Below are positions 52,617-64,000 of a DNA stretch of 64,000 bases, in pieces. Every line of letters begins with the position of its first letter. Within the stretch, counting starts at the first letter, position 1. Made by a program: the position numbers and the translations under genes. Source of the DNA: Octopus vulgaris (Eukaryota); NCBI GenBank assembly GCA_951406725.2, contig OX597816.1, positions 87,730,001 to 87,794,000 on the forward strand, given 5' to 3'. Below the pieces are notes generated by a model, which saw only the letters and a program-made list of their open reading frames with translations, had not been told where the DNA came from and made no database searches.

Positions 52617-52859
52617 TTTGAAGTGGTTAGATATAGATATACTTATATACTTAGTATATTATCTAAAGTTTATGTTGTTAAAAATGCTTGTCCATTTTTA
52701 ACCCCTCCTCATCCACATCCTCCCTTTTTTTATTTCTTGCCTTTCCCTTCCAGTCCTCCTCGCTCACATTTGCTCTCTCTGCCTCCCTCTCTTTCTCTCT
52801 CTCTCCATCCCTCTCTTTCCCCTTTTCCTCTAACCTTGATTTATTTACCAATCCTGCAG

Positions 52860-52955
52860 GCTTCTTAGACAATGAGATTCCTAGAATCCACCGGAACAAA
52901 GGAATCATCAGACTGACCACACCCCATGGAAATCCCAATGAAATAGAGGCTCCTG
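52860..52955 (+). CDS. Sema1a: Probable semaphorin stalk exon: [32 protein letters not shown] (phase 1/1, 96 nt)
   Basis: Long pyrimidine tract, ctaac branch site, ctgcag acceptor, G|gtaaga donor, open frame. Confidence 0.8.
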
Positions 52956-53215
52956 GTAAGAAAAATTGAACTACCGCACTAAACCCTGCAAATATGTGTT
53001 ATTGTTATTATCATCATCATTTAATATATATATATATATATGTATATATATGCATAATTTTTTTATTTATTTATTTATTTTTTTTGGCTGGCTGCAAACT
53101 TTTCCACTCACTATTTTGAGTTGCTAAACACGTTATTTATTGTTGCTTCGTTTTCATGCAAAGCTGAAGCCTTCTGCCTCTGTATTAATTCAAAAACTTA
53201 GATATAAAAACACTA

Positions 53216-53248
<33 letters not shown>

Positions 53249-56200
53249 CATCTAGTGTCTGTTTTCCATGCTGGCATGGGTTAGGTGGTTTGACTGCAAC
53301 TGGTAAGCCTGAGAGCTGCACCAGGCTTCAGTCATTTGTTTTGGCTTGGTTCCTATGACTGGGTACCTTTCCTAACGCCAACTACTCCACAGACCTGGTT
53401 GCCTTTTATGTATCACCATTTCTTAATAATAATGATAATAATCCTCTCTACTAAAAGCCTGAAATTTTTGTGGGCAAAGGGACTAGTTGATTACATCAAC
53501 CCCTGTTTGACTGGATATTTAATTTATCGACCCCATAAGAATGAAATGCACAGTCGACCTTGGTTCAAAATATTACTAAGCATTTTGCCCATCCTGCTAA
53601 CAATTCTGCCAGTTCACTGTCTCAATAATAATAATAATAATAATAATAATCCTTTCTACTAAAAGCACAAGGCCTGAAATTTGGGGGGAGAGGGCCACTT
53701 GATTAGATCGACACAATATCTTCAATCAACAACCTCATGATATCGTATACTGTGTGATGTCTATAATAATAACAAAACCCATTCTTCCCTGCTATCATGA
53801 GGCTTTTTTGGGAGCTGGATTTTCTACAGAGAGCATGCCCTTGCTTACTCCCCAACCTCAGTTTCTAGACATGAGTGGTCTTGAGACCAAGTCCTCTACC
53901 ATGATTTTTAAGAAATGTGGTGGAAAACTTGCTCAGGAAGGCAGGGATGCTACTCCCTGAGATCCCTTTCAGAGCCCCAATACTTTAATAATTATAATAA
54001 TAATGATTGTTTCTAATTTTAAAATAAGGTCAACCATTTGGGGAAGGGGTTAGTTGATCCCATCATCCCAGACCATAGATGGTACTTTATTTTATCAACC
54101 TTTAAAGGACAAGACCAAAGTTGCCTTTGGCAGTATTTGAACTGTGCCAGTTAAACAGCTTAATGATAGTGATATTTATTTGAACTACATTCAAGTAGAG
54201 GGAACAATCAATTAGAGGAATTCCACTATTCCACTGGTACTTTATTAAGAACTTGACAGGCAGTAAACATAGTCAAGTAGGGCAAGATTTGAACTCACAT
54301 TGTAAAGAGACCTCATGAAATGGTACAAGGCATTTTGTCAAACACTTTGATGCTTTTGCCAATTGCTTTTCACTTTTAATTATCATGATTTCTATTCTTG
54401 GCACATTATCAGAAATCTTAAAAAGGATTAGTTAATCAATTCAACACCAGTCTGGGATTTATTTTATTGAACCATGAAGGATTAAAAGCAAAAAGCTGAC
54501 TGCTAGAGAATTTGAACTCAGAGAATTTTGTTTGGCACCATGTCTGCCAACCCATTATCACTAATAATAGAATATGATAAAGAATGGTAATAACTGATTC
54601 TTTTGCTTAGGCACAAGGCTCATTTTTGTCATGAGGACGCAGTATAATTTAGCCTTTTGTTTCCCTAAAATATCACTGGTACCCACATGATTTTTGTATT
54701 GAGCACTCTGGGAGAAATACCAGTAATATTCCCCACCATCTTTTACCATATATGTGTGTGTCTGTCTTTGCATTCATCCATTTGTTCCGAAGCACTTTTC
54801 ATTTTGAATTGTTTCTCTTTTTTCTCTCTTCACACTCATTCTTCTGCAGTTGTTTCTCTTTTTCTTCTACTTTTACTGCTGCTGCTACTACTGCTGCTAT
54901 TATGACGACTACTACTACTTTTTGGTTTTCTTAACACTGAGGCTGTCTTTTCTTTTCTTTTTTTCCTTTGTCATTTCTTTTTCTTTCCAGTTTCTTCCAT
55001 ATTTTCTTCTTTCTTCTTTATGTTTTCTGTCTTTCATTATCATCCACTTCGTTCATCTTCTTATTCATATACACAGTAATATTCCTTCTTTATCACCACC
55101 ACACTACTACCACTTCTATCTCAGCCTCTTCCATTTCACTTCCTCCTTTAATTAGCATCACCATCATCACTCATTCATCCATACATCTTGTCATCTGCCT
55201 GTCAATTGTTCAGCTAACCAACTATCCATCCATTTAACTATTCTTTTACCTATCTACTGTCTCCTTGCTGATCTTGTGTGTTCACTTGCACTAAAACACT
55301 GGCTGATTTTGTTGTACTGTTTTTCTTTTTTTCTATTTTGTGTCCTAAAAAAAATGTTGTTTTTAGTTCAACTCACTCTTTAGTTTTTGTTGTCTTTACA
55401 ATGCTTCTTACTCTTGCATGCATTTACTTTTTCACTCTGTGGCTACTTTTCCTTGGAAACAAAGGGAACTCTTTTGATTAGCCAAAAGTAGCTTTTTCAC
55501 ATGGGGTATTCATTTTTAATGGTTCTTTTCAATTAATTATTTGTCTAATATGTGTATAACGTTTATGGGTTATGATAAGCATGGAGTTTGTGTCCTCCAC
55601 TTCTTTTTTTAAATTTGATATGGGCACCATGTCTTCATATGTTGTACTCACGTTTGTTGTGATCACCCGTGTCTTTGATTCCCGTTGACACTGTCTTTGC
55701 CGTGCACAGCATGTTTGTTGTTGACACGCATGTTTACACTTATTATATATATACACCACCTTTATTATCATTCATTCACCATTTGTTACACTGCATCATG
55801 TTTGCTGGGTTGTTTGTTATAACTGTCAAGTTGGTCTAGCACCTCTGTGTCTCTCCATTCTTTTTAGACATCATGTTTTCTGTTGTGTGCATCTATCATT
55901 ATTCTTATTTATAGTCATTATCACATTCAAGAATTTATCAACTTATGAGAGAACCTGAAATAATTCTTTTGCCAGAATATTAACTCTTGAACTACATCAC
56001 ATAAACTTGCAGGCAGGCTTTGACTTTCTCTATCCAGAAGGGTTTTTCATCTCAACATTTACATGCTATTATTTATAGCTTTATGTGATGTTCCTTGAGA
56101 GCCAATATTTCAAAAAAGAATTATTAAATATGTTTTGTACTTTTCAGTTTTCATTATATGAAACCTATTATTTTATTTATTTATTTATTTTTTTGTGGAT

Positions 56201-56439
56201 GTGCTATCGTCATTTTGAGGTGTTGATTTTTTTGTTGTACTATAAAGTAAGCACAGACATGCTGATTTTTGTCTGCTGTTATGACTAAGGCATCATTTTT
56301 CTCTGGTTGTTTTGACTAATTTACATTTGACACTGGCTGACTCTGTTTTGGACAGTAGCAGCTGCTAGGTGACAGTGGAAACCAAATATTTATCTATTGT
56401 CACCCTCATATTAACAAATGGACACTATCTTAAAGTATG

Positions 56440-56765
56440 GCTTGCCTATGGACACCATGGCTTTCTCTGTTCAGGGACCCATTGTTGTTCGTTGAGAGCA
56501 AACATCATCAGCCTTTTGTTTCTGAACACCATGGTTTTGTTGTGGACTTATATAGCTTTGCTGTAGATGCTACAGCTTTGTTGTGCTCACTATTGCTTTT
56601 TATTTATTTATTTTTTTGTAGACAACATAGCTTTATTGTGGCCTCAAAGCTTTGTTATGGGCACAACAGATTTTTGTGAATACTACAGCTTTGCTGTAGA
56701 CACTACAGTTTTTGTCACAGTTTTTGACATCACAGCTTTGATAAGAAACACCACATTTTTGTTGT
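56440..56765. repeat. Degenerate ~20-21-bp minisatellite, unit ~GACACYACAGCTTTGYTGTR
   Basis: Repeated gcttt/gtttt-centred units, e.g. CTACAGC-TTT-GCTGTAG 56683-99. Confidence 0.6.
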
Positions 56766-59700
56766 ATTGTTTGTTTTGATCACTCTGCCCATTATTTGTT
56801 GCACACATCTTAAATATTTTGATGTGTATGTGTGTAACAGAAACTTAGTAACCAGTGCCAAACTGAGATAATTTCAATAAATCAAGAATTTGTTATTTGG
56901 TATTTGATATACCTGTATTTATCTTTGTTGTTCAGATATATACCACTGGTATATCTCTGAGCTCACCTTTGTTTAAATTATGCAAATTAATTTTGGTAAC
57001 TTGAAATACCTTACATGGCAGCTAAGTATCTGTCCTGCAAAAAAAAAAAAACATTTTTTAAAATAGGAAAATATGTCACCTCATGAGGGACTTTATTGGT
57101 GTGTGGTTGAAAGGAACGAAATTTCCATTCTTGAAGTAAGGGATAAAAAGGTGAGATGAGAGAGGTAGAGTAAAAGACTGAATAGAAAGAAGAGTGAGAG
57201 AGAGAGAGAGAGAGAGAGACTGGGGGGAGACCGAGTACAGTTGAAAAATGTGGAAAAAGTTGTAATACAAGGGATATTGAAAAGAGGTAAGTGGTAATGG
57301 AAAAATAGGAAGACAAAAGGGAAAATTCATGGAGAAAAAGAAAGATTTGAAGTGAGAGAGAGAGAGAAAATAAAGAGGTGACTGAGTAAGAGAAACGTTT
57401 TAGGAGGAATATATTATTGTTCAATGTTTTTTGATCAGGTAAGTTGTAAAATGATAACAGAACTACTGCTTTTTTGTTATATTGTAAATCTAGGTAAGCC
57501 TGAGCCAAGGAGAGAACCATGGCATCTAAATTAGATGGGATGCAATCCACCATACTGTTTTTTTTTTCTTCTTCTTCTTTTGTGTGTGTTTCTGTGATGG
57601 CTTTTTGTCATTTGACTGACATTCCAGTAGAGTCCATTCACATCATTTTTATTTCAGGCATAGTGTTTTGCTGTTCTAACTCTTTTGATGCCAGTCTGCC
57701 TGAGACCACTCCTCATTCTATGACACCCATTTCCTGTTTTAAAGTGTTCTAAATTAAAACCTTCCATCAAATTTTCATGTTAATTTGTTCCAAACACCAG
57801 CTCAATAATGCCGAAGCTGTTTTACAAAATTCTTCTTTATTTTCAAAATTAATTGAAATAAAAGCAGCATATTTCAATGGAATATGGTAATGAAAGGGGG
57901 TTAACGTACTAATCTTAATCCATTGCCTGTTTTTATTCTGCCTTCTGGCACTTGGCAGCTTTTAACAGAGATTACTCTGTTGTATGCTTCAGACCAAGTC
58001 TCAAGTCAGAAGATAGCTGTTCTACTTCCTATAGCAGCAATCCTTGGTAGTTTCGTCCCCAAATTTTCCCCCTCCTCTTATAAATTTTAAAGGTCTTGCA
58101 GTAAATCATAGGTGCTACCCTTCCCCTTCTTTTTAAACTATAAAAAAAATGTCAGGAGGGTGTGGTTAAAGGGAGATTAAGCAGCTATTTCTAAAAGGTT
58201 GCAGTTCCTTTGTTGGCTCAACTACAGCATTGTTGACAGTGTAGAAGTGTGGGTTAGAGGGATAGGTCAAATAGTTGAAGTAGTGTCATCATCAGCAACA
58301 GTAGTAGTAGATAGCAGTGGTCATAGTAGAGGTGGTAGTAGTGTTATTGCTTTCGATTATGGAGTTAGTGGATTTTGCGCATTGGTCCTGGTGGAAATGG
58401 TACCCATGGCAATGGTTTGTTCCTTCCTTCCACTATACCCCACAAATTGTGCTGATGGAATGATGTAACTGGAGAGAAAAAGTTAGCAGGAAGAGGTGAG
58501 CTGCTGTCAGTGAACTGTGCAACAGTCACTCCTTGACAAGCCTTTTCTTTTTCTTGACAGGTGATGTAACATACTTGGGGAAAACAAATTAAAGGTAGTC
58601 TAGACAATTAAGGGGGGAAAGGAAGAGGAGAATCTAGAGAAGAAAGAGGTGAAAAAAAATCCAGATATGTAAAAGGAAGGGAGAAGCATTTGGTCAAAAA
58701 AATTACATTTTAGGAGGGTGGTAGGAGGACATTTAATTAACATAAAATTTGAAAAAAAAGGGGTGGGGAGGAAATAATAAAGGAAAATAATTGTAAAAAA
58801 TATTGTAATGATAGTGGGAGCATAGCAGTGACAATGTGTGTGAGTGTGATGGTGGGAGAATATAGCAGGTTTCTGTTAAGTTACTTCCCACATACATTCA
58901 CCTTCATTGTCCACTACATGTACCTCTCAGTACCAGTCTCCACCACTGTAAGATCTTGTGATGTCAACCTTAGTGCTTAAGCCCTTCCTGTCTTTCTTAA
59001 AGAACTTGAAACTATGGCAGGTGACATATGTCCTGAGGAATTTCATTAAAGGGTGTCTGTCATGCCTGTTGGGCTAGGTTAAGTCTGATTAGTATGCAAT
59101 ATTTATTGTGTGATTATATCCTATGATTTTTCATTACGTATTCGGAAATGATTCATAGTTCATTGTTATAGTGGTGATGATGTCCAAGGCATAGATTTTA
59201 CAAAAAGTCAAAAAAAAAAAAAAGCTATCCTTCTGGCCTGTATCGGGAAGGAAAATAAATTATTTTATAAAACTTTTAAAATACAATAAATTTGTGTAAT
59301 ATAAAGCAGATATGTGAATGCGGATATTTTATGTAGTGAACTTTTCTTTCTTTAGCTTCTCTGAAGAAGAACCTTGCCCCAAACTAGAATTCGCTTTCCC
59401 TCACAGCATATAAGCTTATTTAGTCAGCTTCTAGCTGACTAAAACCTTGTGAGTGGATTTGGTTGATGGAAGCTGAAAGAAGCCCAATAGAATAAGTACT
59501 AGGTCAATTCATTTGGCTAAAATTTTTCAAGGTAGTGCCCCAGCATGGCCACAGTCTAAAGACTGAAACAAGTGAAAGGGTAGAAGGTATATGTTTGGTT
59601 TTCCAATGCTTGCATGGGTCGGATGAGTACACATGTACATCTGTTTATGTCTCAACCAGATGTAAACATTGTCAAGAAGGGAAAATACAAAAAAGAAAAA

Positions 59701-60431
59701 AAAAAATTACAAGTACTTTGTAATGACATTCTTCACAAATATTTGTCTTGCTTTGCACCTATTGATTTACTGTGAACCTTTGAATGGCCCATTGGCAGTC
59801 TGCAACAAACAACACTATTGTGCATGATTCCAATTTAAAATTTAAAGAAGAAATAACAACTGAAAGTAAACAAAAGGAAAACATGTGTATGTATGTATGA
59901 ATTTATATATATATATTATATTATATTTATGTACAATGTATATGTCTGTGTGTGTGTATATATATGTATGTATTTACCTACGTGTTATGTGTGTGTTTGT
60001 GTATGAGAGAGAAAGACTAAATGATGTGGGAGATTCATGTTTTGTACATCTGTGTATGTTTGCATCATTTTTACCAGTTCCGTTTAGTACGTTAGTTTCT
60101 TTTTCATTTCTACATTATTATTTTTTTTTTTTGTTTTTTGGTACTTTCAGCAGTTACAAATGGTGTTACAGCATGGTCTGTATAAAATGCTCATTAACTG
60201 AATAAAATGTAAAGCTAAATTAATAATAATGATATTAATAACAAAATTTTTTTTTTTAAATAAAATAAAAATCAACCATTCAATAATAATAATGATAATA
60301 ATAATAATAATAATATCATCATCATCATCATTGTTATTGTTAATATTATTATTATTATTAAACCATCAAGTAAGGCAACAAGTATTGTTTCTGCAGGTGT
60401 ATTAAGAACTTTCAGTTTTGAGATTACCTTC

Positions 60432-60491
<60 letters not shown>

Positions 60492-60952
60492 GAAAAGGAG
60501 AGAAAAAAAACAATATAAATAAAGAAAACTGTGTGAATATATATTATCAAACACCTTTTAATTGAAAACAAACATCAGAAAGTCTGAGAAAGAACGTCAA
60601 AAAAAGGAAAAAATAAGAAGATAAAAATAAAGTTGAAAAAAAAAAACCAAAAATATGGTTGTCTTATAAAAATATAAGAAAAAAAAGAAACTATTGCAAG
60701 TACTTTCCTACACAAAACATTATTTAACATAACATTGAATAATGTAGGAAGTAGACCAAATGATTTGTTTATATTTTTAAATTTTATAGATAGAAAACGA
60801 AGATGGTGTTAAAAATGTTTTTGTTTCATGCCATTCTGTTATTCTTGTCTGTTTTTACTGTATGTGTGAGTGTATGGTTGCTGTCTTCAGTATAATTCAC
60901 ACACACATTCATTCTCTCTAATATTATGTATATATATGTGTGTATATATATG

Positions 60953-60983
<31 letters not shown>

Positions 60984-60996
60984 ATATATATATATA

Positions 60997-61040
<44 letters not shown>

Positions 61041-61074
61041 TGAGTGTGTTTATGTATATATATGCACATATATT

Positions 61075-61193
61075 TCACACAATGATATCATATTGAAAAC
61101 ATTTGGTTCCCATCCTATCATCAAAGTTAAGCTGTGTTGGGCCTAGTTACTACTTAGTTGGCTGACCGTTTAGGGAACTAGGTTTTATAAACA
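61075..61193 (+). pseudogene. Degenerate 5S rRNA pseudogene
   Basis: atatcatattgaaaacatttggttcccatcctatcatcaaagttaagc...gggcctagttactacttagttggctgaccg aligns by eye, full length, with metazoan 5S (..TTGAAAACACCGGTTCTCGTCCGATCACCGAAGTTAAGC..GGTTAGTACTTGGATGGGTGACCG..), with CpG decay. Confidence 0.7.
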
Positions 61194-61380
61194 TCCTTTA
61201 GGTGTAGATGTAGCTGTGTGGTTAAGAAACTTACTTTCCTGTCATATGGTTTTGGGTTCAGTTCCATTGCAAGTTACCTTGGGCGACTGTGTTCTATTAT
61301 AAATCTAACCCAACCAAAGTTTTGCGTGCGGATTTGTTTGTCAGAATCTGAAATAAGCCCTTTGTGTGTGTGTGTATACA

Positions 61381-61444
<64 letters not shown>

Positions 61445-61914
61445 GCATGTATAGGTGTATGTGTTATTTCCTATAGTTTGCAAAGACATGTCTGACCATG
61501 GGGGAAATGGTAACTTTCTTAGAAATTGGTAAGGGTTCATGACAGGAAGGTCATTCATCTACAGGAAATCTATTATGATAAATTCTGTCTGACCCATGCA
61601 AGAATGGAAAAGTGCCCATTAAAATGATGATGATGTGTATGTGTATATATCTGTAATGAAGATGCATGTTTCAATGGTTGGTGTTGGGCTTACAATCATG
61701 AGGTTGTGAGTTCAGTTCCCAGACCAGGCTTTGTGGTGTGTTGTTGAACCTGACACTTTATTTCATGTTGCTCCAGTTCACTGGACTGTGGAAATGAGTG
61801 ACATCATCACTGGGGCCAAGCTGATTGCCTTTGTCTTTCCCATGGGCAACATTGGTGGCATGGAGAAGGAAAACTGCTATGTATGGGCAATTGCTGGTCT
61901 TCCACAAAACAACC

Positions 61915-62147
61915 TATTTCTTTACTACCCACAAGGGGCTAAACACAGAGGGGACAAACACTGACAGATAAACGGATTAAGTCGATTATATCGACCCCAG
62001 TGCATAACTGGTACTTATTTAATCGACCCCGAAAGGATGAATGGCAAAGTCGACCTCGGCGGAATTTGAACTCAGAACATAGCGGCAGACGAAATGCCGC
62101 AAAGCATTTCGCCCGGCTTGCTAACATTTCTGCCAGCTCGCCGCCGC
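61915..62147 (-). mobile_element. Young SINE family A nested in a family C SINE (61657-62232)
   Basis: 7-bp TSD AACAACC 61908-14/62148-54; host is contiguous in the copy at ~11435-11525. Confidence 0.9.
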
Positions 62148-62523
62148 AACAACCTTGCTTGGACTTGTACCTCAAAGGGGAACTTTCTAGATGTAATCCC
62201 GTGGTCATTCATGACCAAAGGGGGTCTTTACTTTTCTTTATATACATATATACATGTGTCTGTGTGTGCATATCTGTATGTGTATATATAGCTGTGTGTG
62301 AGTATGTGTTTGATGTATATGTTTATCTATTTGTGTATGCATAAGCAGTATGTATCTAGAACTATTCTTCTTAGTCTACTTGACTCTTGTTTTTTTTCAC
62401 TTTTTTTACTGTTACCATTTAAATGTTTACTTAGTGTCATGTCTGTATTGTATAGTAAGTACAAGCTTGGTTAATGCCCTGGTGGTTAGTAGTTTATTCC
62501 AAGTTTACTATTGCTTTTCATCT

Positions 62524-62580
<57 letters not shown>

Positions 62581-62589
62581 ACCTGTCAG

Positions 62590-62610
62590 TTCCATCAGTT
62601 TGGCTCTCAG
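62590..62610 (+). CDS. Candidate 21-nt symmetric microexon (V)PSVWLS
   Basis: ttttacctgtcag acceptor, CAG|gtagtc donor, phase 1/1; upstream tract is (TA)n, so weak. Confidence 0.25.
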
Positions 62611-62933
62611 GTAGTCTTTTTTTTTTTTTCTTTTTCTGTTTCTGATGTCTGTCTGTGTTTATGTTCATGTATCGGGAAGTTTGTGATGCTTGTTGTTGTT
62701 ATTAAAAACAGACTGGTTTGAAGACAACTGTGGTTAACTTCCCAAATCTTCTTACTGCTCTGAGATAGAAAAGAAAAGGCGCAAGAAAGAGGAATCGGCA
62801 GCAACACTTTAATCATTGTCAAAATAACTACAGTCTTGATAGCTATTTTTCATCACAAGATGTTATTCTTTATAATATTAATAATAATAATAATAATAAT
62901 TTTCAACTTCAATGTGGTTATTGCTAGTTGAAA

Positions 62934-62965
<32 letters not shown>

Positions 62966-62973
62966 TACTAAGA

Positions 62974-63640
62974 AGGTGGTGAGCTGCCAGAATAGTTAGC
63001 ACGCTGGACAAAATGATTAGCAGTATTTCACCTGTTGCTTCATTCTGAGCTCAAATTCTGCCGAGGTCAACTTTGCCTTTCATCCTTTCAGGGTTGATAA
63101 ATTAAATACCAGGAAAATACTGGGGTCAATGTAATCGACTTACCCCTCCCTCAAAATTTCTGGCCTTGTGCCTACAGTTAAAAGGATTATTATTATTATT
63201 ATTATCATTATTATTATTATTATTATTAAGGCATTGAACTGGTAGAATGATTAGCACACTGAGCAAAATGCTTAGTGGCATTATTTCTGTCTTAACGTGT
63301 TCTGAGTTCAAATTCTGCCAAGGCAGAATTTCAACCTTCCAGGGTCAATAAATTAAGTACTATTTGAGTACTGGGGCACAGTTGATGTAATCAACTTAAG
63401 CTCCTCTCTCATAACTTCAGCAGCTTTCTGGCTTGCCAGCCCTCAGTCAAACCATCCAACCCATGCCAGTATGGAAAGCGGATGTTAAACAACGATGATG
63501 ATAATGATGATGTGCCTATAGTAGTAAGGATTATTATTATTATTATAATTGAGGTGGTGAGCTGGCAGAATTTTTAGCATGTCAGGTAAAATGCTTAGTG
63601 GTCTTTCATCCATCCTCACATCCTGAATTCAAATTCCATG
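62974..63640 (+). mobile_element. Head-to-tail cluster of family A SINEs with a nested family D 3' fragment (~63420-63511)
   Basis: Three heads (gagctggcagaa) separated by (TTA)n tails. Confidence 0.8.
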
Positions 63641-64000
63641 CAGTGGGATGATCCTGGGACCTTGTAATAATGAAGAGGACTTTATAACCATCTGGGAATA
63701 CATGTGTGTGTGTGTATGCATTGGCAGACAGGCATCGGTATGTGGTTTAGAACTTTGCTTCCTAACAACCACATGATTTCAGGTTCAGTCTCACTGCATG
63801 GTACCTTGGGCAATATTTTCTACTATAGCTGTCATGTGATTGTTGTAAATAAATATCATTCATTCCTAATCTTCAGTGAAAATATGCTGGCCTTGGGGAA
63901 ATATTACCTTGCATGGAAAGAGTTAAGAGTTGATGACAGGAAGGGCATCCAACCATAGAAAATCTTCCTCCATATATTCCATCTGACTCATGCAAGCATG

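Larger units (their letters stand above)
1257..52955 (+). other. Sema1a: Multi-exon semaphorin-1a-like gene (partial; 5' and 3' ends outside window)
   Basis: Manually spliced exons give one open frame with semaphorin motifs [64 protein letters not shown] and CVALQDPYC. These are collinear with Drosophila Sema-1a as I recall it. All intron phases are compatible. Confidence 0.9.

Noticed and set aside
50513-52868. Long ORFs (up to 238 aa) rich in Y/I/C/M/V/H/T, also at 4716-5085 and 21669-22255
   Set aside because: Translations of (TA)/(TG)/(CA) microsatellites on both strands; not genes.
56440-56765. CRISPR-like appearance of palindromic short repeats
   Set aside because: Eukaryotic intron, degenerate abutting units, no unique spacers and no cas genes.
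58199-58468. 89-aa ORF with S/V/G-rich content
   Set aside because: Built from degenerate (GTA/GTG)n repeats, with no splice signals or homology.
58561-58594. Acceptor ttcttgacag followed by GT (exon or recursive splice site)
   Set aside because: Stops in all three frames, and gtgatg is a poor recursive donor.

Overview
Eukaryotic, AT-rich, microsatellite- and SINE-dense genomic DNA; the repeat complement looks like an octopus (coleoid cephalopod) genome (inference). Almost all ORF-track entries are microsatellite artefacts. The window lies inside one large + strand gene, a class-1 semaphorin (Sema-1a-like). Eleven GT-AG exons (1257-23729, 1222 nt, ~407 aa) splice in frame and give the C-terminal two-thirds of the Sema domain plus the PSI domain. 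Further symmetric phase-1 exons follow (37701-37901, a Thr-rich stalk with CPPCKPC; 52860-52955), with several candidate microexons. The signal-peptide exons and any transmembrane/cytoplasmic exons lie outside the window. Introns carry several tRNA-derived SINE families (nested, tandem and tail-swapped), TTAA-flanked piggyBac-type MITEs, RTE and Tx1/L1 LINE 3' ends, a non-autonomous Helitron and a 5S rRNA pseudogene. Most notable are two Penelope-type hammerhead-ribozyme-bearing elements: a 284-bp foldback with a hammerhead in each arm (3906-4189), and a tRNA-headed SINE with a hammerhead tail (6531-6798).
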